In this document: piece by piece, positions 35,132-47,100 of the stretch
Layout of the letters: the number at the start of each line of letters is the position of its first letter
How positions within the stretch are numbered: position 1 is the first letter of the stretch
Assembly: GCA_963514005.1 (NCBI GenBank)
Contig: OY740827.1
Coordinates: 2,480,001 to 2,544,000, forward strand
DNA from: Raja brachyura
Taxonomy: Eukaryota
Length of the DNA: 64,000 nt
Direction: 5' to 3'
Notes under the pieces: generated by a model
What the model was told of the DNA's origin: nothing
Seen by the model: only the letters and a program-made list of their open reading frames with translations
Databases searched by the model: none
Made by a program: the position numbers and the translations under genes

Positions 35132-38100
35132 GTACCATCAGCAGCAACTCACAAGTGTTTACGGGCGAGGAGGTGTTCACTGGTTGGCTGCCAGTGACTA
35201 GCGGAGTTCCGCAGGGGTCGGTGCTGGGGCCGCTACGATCCTTTCGCTGACCACCTTCGCTCAGTCCGCCTGGACTTACCTGATCTCCCGGTTGCCAAAC
35301 ACTTTAATTCCCCTTCCCATTCCCACATTGATCTTTCTGTCCTAGTTCTCCTCCACTGTCAGGGTGAGGCCAAATGCAAATTGGAGGAACAGCTTCTCAT
35401 ATTTTGCTTGGGCAGCTTACATCCCAGCGGTATGAATATTGATTTCTCTCACTTCAAGTAAACCCTACATTCCCTCTCTCTCCATCGCTCCCTTAGTCTA
35501 GTCGCACCAGATTCTCGTTCTCACTCAACAATCAGCTAACAATGGCTTGTTTTCTTTATCATCATTACTTTCATGCATATCTTTCATTCATTGTTCTCTG
35601 TCTCTCTACATCACCGTCTATATCTCCCGTTGCCCTTTCCCGTGACTTTCAGTCTGAAGAAGGGTCTTGAGCCAAAACGTCACCCATTCCTTCTCTCCAG
35701 AGATGCTGCCTGTCCGGCTGAGTTTCTCCCTATTTTTGTGTCAATCTTCAGTTTAAACCAGCTACTGCAGTTCCTTCCTACACACCACGACTCTTCACGT
35801 TATATATTAATGATTTAGACCAGGGGATTGAAGGCTTTGTGGTCAAGTTTGCAGATGATACGGAAATAGGTGGAGGGGCAGGTAGTGTAGAGAAAGCATG
35901 GACTCTGCTGAAGGACTTGGGCAGGTTGGGAGAGTGGACAGAGAAGTGGCAGATGGAATATACTGGTGCTGCTTGCCCTCCGGACCCTGGCTATAAGGGA
36001 CACTCTACTGGTCCCTGGGAGTGACGCGCAGTGGGGGGGCATTGAAGAGGCAGTAATACACTGTGTGAGGGAGTGACACACACTGGGAGGGGCGGTGAGG
36101 AGGGAGTGACTCACTGTGGGAGGGGCGGTGAAGGAGTGGCACACTGTGGGAGGGGTGGTGAGGAGGGAGTGACACACTGTGGGAGGGGCGGTGAGGAGGG
36201 AGTGACACACTGTGGGAGGGGTGGTGAGGAGGGAGTGACACACTGTGGGAGGGGCGGTGAGGAGGGAGTGACTCACTGTGGGAGGGGCAGTGAGGAGGGA
36301 GTGACACACTGTGGGAGGGGTGGTGAGGAGGGAGTGACACACTGTGGGAGGGGTGGTGAGGAGGGAGTGACTCACTGTGGGAGGGGCAGTGAGGAGGGAG
36401 TGACACACTGTGGGAGGGGCGGTGAGGAGGGAGGCTCTACCCCTACACCACCATGCCGCTCTTCTACGTTCTGTACACACCAGGTCCACAGCGCAGGATA
36501 AAAGGTGGGGAAAGTGAGTCCAGTGAACTGACAGGGTGTTCACTGCTAAAGATTGTTCCTTCTGTCCTCAGCCGTGGTGTCGGGACAGTGGAGTGCGGAC
36601 ACTCCACCAGATGTGACAGTGCAGAATGGTTTGTGTGCACGGATTCCGTGTCGCTACAGGTACCCGTCGAATCTGAACAATAAACCACGGACTGGAATCT
36701 GGTATAACAGTGAGAAGAACAAAGAAGATTCTGTAGCCTTCCACTCCGTGGATCCCAGTCTAGAATCAACAAAGTTTCAGTATCGGACCCGACTGTCAGG
36801 AGTCCTGAGAGACAACGACTGTTCCCTGGTTATAGACAACATCACGCAGCAAGATGCAGGTCCTTATTTTTTCAGAGTTGAATTTGGAGGGGGAAATCGT
36901 TTCAACTACCACCCTGTAACACGGCTCCGTGTTACTGGTAAGTGCTCTGTATAATTCACTCATTCACTCAACAGTTTCTTCCCAGCTATTATCAGGCAAC
37001 TGAACCATCCTACCACAACCAGAGAGCATCAACCTCACTGGTGACCCTCGGACTATCCTTGATCGGACTTTGGACTGTACACGTTCCCTATTCACACACA
37101 CACCACCGCATCAGGATCCTTCTGGTTCATTTCTGGATCACCGTGACACCTCCAGTTTTTGCACTGTTATTACCAGGTTTTCATTGCCCATATATGCTCC
37201 TAATATCAACTCCATCTACACTTCACGCAGCCTGAACTAAACTAAACAATGTCTGTCTTATCCTTACTGCCCTTAGTGGAGAACTCTGTCCCCATCTTCC
37301 CGATCACAGGTCATCATGACATTCCTGATCCCCATCTGTTTCAACCTCCCCTGGCCATTGTACCTCCTTGTTCAGGGATCATCCTTGTTTAGTTTAGTTT
37401 AGTTAGTTAATTTTATTGTCACGTGTACCAAGGTACAGTGGAAAGCTTTTGTTGCGTGCTATCCAGTCAGCAGAAAGACAATACATGATTACCATCGAGC
37501 CGTTTACAGTGTACAGCTGCATGATAAGGGAATAACGTTTAGTGCAAGATTAAGCCAGCAAAGTCCAATCAGGGATAGTGAAGAAGGGTTTCGGCCCGAA
37601 ACGTTGCCTATCTCCTTCGCTCCATAGATGCAGCTGCACCCGCTGAGTTTCTCCAGCATTTTGTGTACCTCTGATCAGGGATAGTCTGAAGGTCACCAAT
37701 GAGCTAGATAGTAGTTCAGGACTGCTCTCTGATTATGGTAGGATGGTTCAGTTGCCTGATAACAGCTGGGAAAAAACTGTCCCTGAATCTGGAGGTGTGT
37801 GTGTTCACATTTCCGTACCTCTTGCCTGGTGGGAGAGTGGAGAAGAGGGAATGATCGGGTATGAGACTCGTCCATGATAATCTGGAGGTGTGTGTTTTCA
37901 CACTTCTATACCTTGTAAACACATCCTTCCTTGTGTGGGACTGGGATTACGATGTGAACCGATGTATCCAGTGATATTTAACTAACAGTATCTGTTTCTG
38001 TGTGCGTTAGATTTCACAGATAACCCCACGATATTCCCTGCTGAAATGGTGGCAGGTCAGCCTGTGAACGTGACCTGCATCTTCAACACCACATGTGATG

Positions 38101-41100
38101 GAACGGCACCCACCTTAACCTGGGTCACCCCCGATTATGAACCAACGTCAGCCTCACACAGCGTAACTCAGCGGGGAGACACTTTGATATATACTTCTGT
38201 TCTGTCCCTGACCCCAGCGCTCAAACATCACGGGGAAAACCTCACCTGCAGAGTCACATACCCAACTGTCTCATCGGAGCAGATCCTCACACTGACTGTG
38301 CAATGTAAGTACGGAGATCGTTTATTGTGCAGGAACAGCAATAATCTATTAGCAGTGCTGGTACATAAGGTCATAAGTGGAAGGAACAGAATTTGGCCAT
38401 TCAGCCCATCAAGTCTACTCCGCCATTCAATCATGGCTGATCTATCTCTCCCTCATAACCCCATTCTACTGCCTTCTCCCCATAACCCCATTCTCCCCAT
38501 AACCCCTGACACCCATACTAATCAAGAATATATCTCTCTCTGCCTTAAAAATATCTATAGACTGCCTCCGCAGCCTTCTATGATAAAGAATTCCACAGAT
38601 TATTCACCCTCTGACTAAAAAAATTCCTCATCTTCTTCCTAAAGAAATGTCCTTTAATTCAGAGACTGTGACCTCTGGTCCTAGACTATCCCACTGGTGG
38701 AAACATCCTCTGCACAACCACTCTATCCAGGCCTCTGCCTGCACGTCATCCATATCCCTCCAGGATCTGCAGTTCCTTCCCACGCTAATCAAATCAATGG
38801 TACGCTGATAAGCTCATCTGTCCTTCACTGATGAGACACTGCCTTGGATACAGGTACTAAACACACAAAGTGCTGGAGTCATAGAGCATTACAGTAGCAA
38901 TGTTACAACATTTTGAGATTTTACAAATCAAGTCTGCAATTTCCCCCATCAGATAAAGCATAAAAAGTAGTTTAATTTGACACCTAATTCAATTTCATAT
39001 CTTCAGTATTAAAAAAGTTATGGCCATTTTCATACTCGGAAATTAGCATCTTGATCCCCATTGCTTTTCCATTGACTTAACTCAAAGGTTATGATCAAGG
39101 ACAGTCAAAAGCCCATAACTTTCTTAAAAATTAAGAGAACTCAATGACATTTTCAGTTATTATGGATTGAAGCATTCTGAAACAAATATGAAACAATCTT
39201 ATTTGGATGAACTGAAATTAAAGCATATAATTAGTTAATTACCTAATTGTAGCTAATTACAAAATTCAATTACTAGATCTAAACTTATCCATTTCTTAAG
39301 AAAAGATAAACATTTTTAAATTGCCTAAGTGTCCAAATAACATTCACACAATAATTCACAATATAACATGATTTTTAAATCTCATTTTCATGAATTTATG
39401 GGCCAAAATGAAGGAATTTAGTGTTAAATTCCTGTAAATTAATGGCCATTTAAATAAGTTGTGAGTGGGTTTTTGTGGAACGCGATGGATGGTGTATGGA
39501 TGCGGACTGGGTGGGCCGCAGGTCCTTTTTCCGCGCTGTCTCTCTAAACAACATAGAAATCGCGTGAACGGGTGATCGATGGTCGGTGGGCACGGTGGGC
39601 TGCATGTCCTTTTTCCGCGCTCTATCTCTAACTAAACAAAGAACTATTGTGTGAAAGGGTGATCGATGGTCGGCGCGGACACGGAGGGCTGAAGGGCCTG
39701 TTTCCGCGTTGTATCTCTAAAGTCTAAAGACTAAACTATTTTACAATCCAAGGATCTCCGAAAGTGCCACAAAACTGGTTGCTGCATTTTATCTGTTTGC
39801 AGACGCTCCCCAGAATCTCTCAATCACTTCCCCCGACAACGTGAACAATTCATGGGTCAGTGTAAAGGAAGGAAACTCTGCAGCGATCCTCTGCTCCGTC
39901 CAGAGTTTCCCAGCGTCTAACCTGATGTGGAGACATCTCGGTGTCACGCTGAACACAACACGTTCCAGCAACGAGCTGTGGATGGAGTTCCCTCAGCTGA
40001 CACAGCAGGATGCCGGGGTCTATCAGTGTGTGGCGGAGAATGAACACGGAACGGCAGAGAGGGATGTTACCCTCACTGTAGAATGTGAGTAGACACACAC
40101 AGACACACCTCTATAAACACAGATGGATTATTCTCTATACAGGCAGATGAGAACTGCATACCCTCTCATTCGTTCTCTCCTGGCAAAGAGCTACCAATTA
40201 CCTGTTTCCTTTCTCATCATTACATTTTTGCCTATCTTTAATTCATTTGTTCTATATCTCTCTACGCCATCGTCTATATCTCTCATTTTCCTTAGCCGTG
40301 ACTTTCAATCTGAAGGAAGGTCTCAACCCAAAACGTCACACATTCCTTCGTTCCAGAGATGTTGCCTGTCCCGCTATGTTGCTCCAGCATTTTGTGTCTA
40401 TCTTTGGTTTAAACCAGCATCTCCAGTTCCTTCCAACACACTCACTCACACCCACACAATTTCTCTTTAGTTTATGTGTGAGAAATAACTGCAGATGCTG
40501 GATATAATCGAAGATAGACACTAAACACTGGAGTAAATCAACGGGTGAGGCAGCATCTATGGAGAGAAGCAAAGGGTGACCTTTCTGGTCGAGACCCTTC
40601 CTCAGACTGATGGGGCGGCGGGAAAAAGATAGAAAGTGGGCGGAGACAGTAGGACGTAGGAGAACTGGGAAGGCAGAGGGGAATGAGTGAGAAAGCAAGG
40701 TCTGTCTGAAATTGGAGAAATCAATCTTCATACCACCAGGGGCGTTGCACGATGAGACAATAGACAATAGGTGCAGGAGTAGGCCATTCGGCCCTTCGAG
40801 CCAGCACCGATATTCAAAGTGATTATGGCAGATCATCCACAATCAGTACCCTGTTCCTGCCTTGTCATATCCCCATGTCTCTGCTATCTTTAAGAGCTAT
40901 ATCTAAATTCTCTTGAAAGCACCCCAAGAACTGGCCTCCACTACCTTCTGAGGCAGAGAATTCCACAGACTCACAACTTTCTGTGAAAACGTTTTTCCTC
41001 ATCTCCATTCTAAATGGCTTACCCCTTATTCTTAAACTATGGCCCCTGGTTCTGGGCTCCCCCCAACATGTCCAAACCCTTAATAATCTTATATGTTTCA

Positions 41101-44100
41101 ATCGACAATAGGTGCAGGAGTAGGCCATTCTGCCCTTTGAGCCAGCACCGACATTCAATGTGATCATGCCTGATCATCCCCACCCAATCAGTGCCCCGTT
41201 CCTGCCTACTCCCCATATCCCGACTCCGCTATTTTTAAGAGCCCATCTAGCTCAATTTTAAGAGCCCATATCTTCACCAACCACCATCTTTCCTTGCTCC
41301 CCTCTCCCCCTTCACTCAGCTTAACCCCCAGCACATCAGTGCAGACGGCAAGGGCTCTGTTCTAAATTGTGTCTTCAAGGAGGTGGTGATGGAAGACAGA
41401 GAGACTCCCATTTCATCAGCACCTTTCACCATCCCTTCTCCCAACTAACAATTATCTATTCTACATTTTCCTTAATCTCCATTCCCTTTGTTCTATTTTC
41501 ACATCTCAGACTTCCCTATCCATGTATCTCCCTCTCCCCTGACATCAGTCAGAAGAAGGATCTCGACCCGAAAACGTCACCCATTCCTTCTCTCCAGAGA
41601 TGCTGCCTGTTCCGCTCAGTTATTCCAGCATTCTGTGTCCATCTTCCATATCCCTCTAAACCCCTGTCCTATCCGCGTAACCGTCTAAATATTTCTTAAA
41701 CATTGCGATAGTACCTGCCTTAGCTACCTCCTCTGGCAACTCGTTCCGTACACCCACATCCCTTGTGTGAAAAGATTACCCCTCAGGTCCCTATTAAATC
41801 TTTCCCCCCCTCACCTTAAACCCATGTCCTCTCGTTCTCATTTCCTCCAACACTCCAAAGACGTACAGACTTGTTGGTTAATTGGCTTTGTATAATTGTA
41901 AATTGTACCCAGTGTGTGTAGGGGTGCTGATGTGAGGGGTGATCGTGGTCGACGCGGACTGGGTGGGCCGCATGACCTTTTTCCGCGCTGTATCTCTAAA
42001 CAACATAGAAATCTCGTGAACGGGTGATCGATGGTCGGTGGGCACGGTGGGCCGAAGGTCCTGTTTCCGCGCTGTATTTCTAAACTAAAGATTAACATTG
42101 TGTGAACGGATGATTAGTGGTCGGAACGGACTCGGTGGGCCAAAGGTCCTGTTTCCCGCTGTATCTCTAAACTAAACGGAACTAGCGTGTGAACGGGTGA
42201 TCGATGGTCGGCGCGGACACGTTGGGGCAAAGGGGCTGTTTCATCGCTGTATCTCTAAAGTCTAAAGACTAAACTATTTTACAATCCAAGGATCACTGAA
42301 AGTGCCACAAAACTGGTTGCTGCATTTTATCTGTTTGCAGACGCTCCCCAGAATCTCTCAATCACTTCCCCCGACAACGTGAACAATTCATGGGTCAGTG
42401 TAAAGGAAGGAAACTCTGCAGCGATCCTCTGCTCCGTCCAGAGTTTCCCAGCGTCTAACCTGATGTGGAGACATCTCGGTGTCACGTTGAACACAACACG
42501 TTCCAGCAACGAGCTGTGGATGGAGTTCCCTCAGCTGACACAGCAGGACGCCGGGGTCTATCAGTGTGTGGCGGAGAATGAACACGGAACGGCAGAGAGG
42601 GATGTTACCCTCACTGTAGAATGTGAGTAGACACACACTGACACATCTCTATAAACACAGATGGATTATTCTCTATACAAGCAGATGAGAACTGCATACC
42701 CTCTCATTCGTTCTCTCCTGGCAAAGAGCTACCAATTACCTGTTTCCTTTCTCATCATTACATTTTTGCCTATCTTTAATTCATTTGTTCTATATCTCTC
42801 TACGCCATCGTCTATATCTCTCATTTTCCTTAGCCGTGACTTTCAATCTGAAGGAAGGCCTCAACCCAAAACGTCACACATTCCTTCGTTCCAGAGATGT
42901 TGCCTGTCCCGCTATGTTGCTCCAGCATTTTGTGTCTATCTTTGGTTTAAACCAGCATCTCCAGTTCCTTCCAACACACTCACTCACACCCACACAATTT
43001 CTCTTTAGTTTATGTGTGAGAAATAACTGCAGATGCTGGATATAATCGAAGATAGACACAAAACACTGGAGTAAATCAACGGGTGAGGCAGCATCTATGG
43101 AGAGAAGCAAAGGGTGACCTTTCTGGTCGAGACCCTTCCTCAGACTGATGGGGCGGCGGGAAAAAGATAGAAAGTGGGCGGAGACAGTAGGACGTAGGAG
43201 AACTGGGAAGGCGGAGGGGAATGAGTGAGAAAGCAAGGTCTGTCTGAAATTGGAGAAATCAATCTTCATACCACCAGGGGCGTTGCACGATGAGACAATA
43301 GACAATAGGTGCAGGAGTAGGCCATTCGGCCCTTCGAGCCAGCACCGATATTCAAAGTGATTATGGCAGATCATCCACAATCAGGACCCTGGTCCCCATG
43401 TCCGCATGTCTCCGCTATCTTTAAGAGCTCTATCTAAATTCTCTTGAAAGCACCCCAAGAACCGGCGTCCACTACCTTCTGAGGCAGAGGATTCCACAGA
43501 CTCACAACTCTCTGTGTGAAAAAGTTTTTCCTCATCTCCATTCTAAATGGCTTACCCCTTATTCTTAAACTATGGCCCCTGGTTCTGGGCTCCCCCCAAC
43601 ATGTCCAAACCCTTAATAATCTTATATGTTTCAATAGACAATAGGTGCAGGAGTAGGCCATTCTGCCCTTCGAGCCAGCACTGACATTCAATGTGATCAT
43701 GGCAGATCATCCACAATCAGTACCCCATTCCTGCCTTCTCCTCACATCCCCATGTCTCACGCTATCTTTCAGAGCACCTTTCACCATCTCTTCTCCAAAC
43801 TAACAATTATCAATTCTACATTTTTCTTAACTCCATTCCCTTTGTCCTATTTTCACATCTCATACTTCCTTATCTATGTATCTCCCTCTCCGCTGGCATC
43901 TAAATATTTTCAGAAGTGATAAATCTGGCTGTAAAATTTTAAAATCGCCCATGGTTCTCAAGTGGGTTTTTACATAAAACAAGAAAATGCCTCTGAAGCA
44001 AAATTTATCATTAAAAAAATCGCAAACCATACGTGGGTTTTGAATTATATTTTATTCAGATGCAAGCTAAGGAATTGGAAAATTGTTAACTGTTAATTGG

Positions 44101-47100
44101 ACATAATCAACCTCAGGATATTGACAATGTGGGTGTTTAAGGTGTCAGGACATTTTATTACTTGCCAAAATATACATCTCAATAGTATAAAGATAGAAAA
44201 GTTACTTTTCCACACACCACTCGTAAATCTGGAGATTTTTTTAATGATAAACCGAATGATTCAAACGTTTAAAGCCTCCTGTGGAGGCTGCTTCTGAAGC
44301 AAAAGCGTGCTTTAAATAACGTCCAACATACACTCACCATAGACAGAGCAGTCTGCTCTCTTGAATTATTGAACAACGTCTTCACTCTGTGCCTTCTGCA
44401 GTTAGCGCCAACTTGCCACGAACTGGAAATGACGCACTCAGCGCCATCTTGCTGCTAATCGGAAATGACATCATCGCCACCATCTTCCCACTAAGCAGAA
44501 GTCACGGAATGAGTGCCAATTTTGCAACTAAACACAGTCCTGATCTAATAAAATGTTTATTCACGCTTTATCCATCCGGAAACTGTTGCAACCATTTTAA
44601 AAGCCAAGAGAAACAAATTTGCAAACTCTTTGTAACCAATACATTTCCTGAAAACATTTTTCTAACCGCCAAGGGAAACAAATTTGCAACCACTTTACAA
44701 CCAATACATTTTCTGAAAAAACACACACACTCAATCACACACTCACAACCAATACTAAAATGCCAAGTAACTTCAGAACTTGGTAAACATACAGTGTATA
44801 AACCGAATGATTCAAACGCTTAAAGGCTCATGTAGAGGCTGATGCTGAAGCAAAAACATGCTTTAAATAACGTCCAACAAACACACTCACCATAAACAGA
44901 GCAGTCAGCTCTCTTCAATTATTCAACAACATCTTCACTCTGTGTCTTCTAGAGCCAGCGCCATCTTGCCACAAACCGGAAATGATGCACTGAATGCCAT
45001 CCTGCCGCTAACTGGAAATGACGTAATTGCCGCCATCTTGCCACTAAGCAGAAGTCACGGAATGAGCGCCAATTTTGCAATTAAATGCAGTCCTGAACTA
45101 ATAAAATGTTTACTAACGCTTTATCCATCCGAAACTGTTGCAACCATTTTAAAAGCCAAGACAAACAAATTTGCAAATACTCTCTAACCAATACGTTTTC
45201 TGAAAACATTTTTTTTAAAGCCAAGAGAAACAAATTTGCAAACTCTTTCTAACCAATACATTTTCTGAAAACATTTTTTAAAAGCCAAGAGAAACAAATT
45301 TGCAAACTCTTTAAAACCAATACATTTTCTGAAAACATTTTTTAACAGCCAAGAGAAACAAATTTGCAAACACTTTACAACCAATACATTTTCTGAAAAA
45401 ACACACACACTCACAACCAACACTAAAGTGCCAAGTAACTTCAGCATGCTTTAAATAACGTCCAACAAACACACTCACCATAGGCAGAGCAGTCATCTCT
45501 CTTGAATTATTCAACGACGTCTTCACTCTGTGCCTTCTGCAGTTAGTGCCATCTTGACGTTAACCGGAAATGATGTCATCGGCGGCGTCTTGCCACTTAA
45601 CAGAAGTCATGGAATGAGTGCCAATTGTGCAATTAAACACAGTCTTGATCTAATAAAATGTTTATTCACGCTTTATCCATCCAAAAACTGTTGCAACCAT
45701 TTTAAAACCAAGACAAACAAATGTGCAAATACTTTTTAAAACCAATACGTTTTCTGAAAACATTTTTTTAAAGCCAAGACAAACAAATTTGCAAATGCTT
45801 TACAACCAATACGTTTTCAGAAAATATTTTTTTAAGCCAAGACAAACACATTTGCAAACATTTTTTAACCAATAAATTTTCTGAAACATTTTTTTAAAGC
45901 CAAGAGAAACAAATTTGCAAACTCTTTACAACCAATTCATTTTCTGAAAACATTTTGTTTAAAGCCAAGAGAAACAAATTTGCAAACACTTTACAACCAA
46001 TACATTTTCTGAAAATAACAGACACACACACTCACTCACAACCAATACTAAAATGCCAAGTAACTTCAGAACGTGGTAAACATACATTGTGTAAACCGAA
46101 TGATTCAAATGATTAAAGCCTCCTGTAGATGCTGCTGCTGAAGCAAAAACATGCTTTAAATGACGTCCAACAAACACACTCACCATAGACAGAGCAGTCA
46201 GCTCTCTTAAATTATTCAATGACATCTTCGCTCTGTGTCTTCTGCAGTCAGCTCCTTCTTCTTCTTTCGTGTGGCGTGCACAGCCTAAAGTTGTTGGACA
46301 ACTTGTTCTATTTGATCTTCCGTTTGTGCATGTCGAATTGATTGCATTAGTCAAAACAGGGCGGTCGACGTGACCCATTTTGCCACGAACCGGAAATGAC
46401 GCACTCAACGCCATCTTGCCGCTAACAAAAAATGACATCATCGGCGCCATCTTGCCACTGAGCGGAAGTCATGGAATGAGTGCCAATTTTACAATTAAAC
46501 ACAGTCCTGATCGAATAAAATGTTTATTCACGCTTTATCCATCTGAAAACTGTTGCGACCATTTTAAAAGACAAGAAAAACAAATGTGCAAATACTTTAC
46601 AACCAATACATTTTCTGAAAACAAAAAAATAAAAACCAAGACAAACAAATTTGCAAACACTTTTGTAACCAATCCATTTTCTGAAAACATTTTTTTAACA
46701 GCCAAGAGAAACAAATTTGCAAACACTTTACAACCAATACGTTCAGTGTTATTCGCAGCTCAGAGAGCCGTGACCCACTTGCTTCCTAGGTCTGGCAGAG
46801 ACTGAGTGAGGCACGAATCTTCCTGCTTTTATAGTCTCTCCCGCTGCTGCCAGCGGGGGAAGCAGAAAGAATGGTGATTTTAAAAAAACATTAATATCTC
46901 TGATTTTTCATCGATAGGAAAAATCCTCTGGTCCAAGAAGGCGGAGGTGGGCTTTGAGCGAGGAGCCTAAAATGACGGCCGTAGGTAGCGGTGTTCTCTC
47001 GGAAATCACAGCACAGTGAGCCAAAAGCGGTCAAGAAAAGGCTTTTAGTAATATAGATAGATATAGAGAGAAAAAGAACAATGATTGAAAGATATGCAAA

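Larger units (their letters stand above)
39500..43895 (+). repeat. Intragenic tandem duplication (~2.5 kb unit) containing the Ig exon
   Basis: About 39650-40860 is near-identical to 42190-43400 (offset 2538). Looser homology continues to about 41545/43895. Confidence 0.93.

Noticed and set aside
35815-36543. 242-aa Thr/Pro-rich mucin-like ORF (and 36073..36501)
   Set aside because: Translation of the 33-bp minisatellite plus a CR1 fragment; intronic to the receptor gene.
44389-46805. Repeated ORFs beginning MPSAVSA../MSSRASA..
   Set aside because: Chance frames within the tandem units of the Helitron-like array; stops are not conserved between units.
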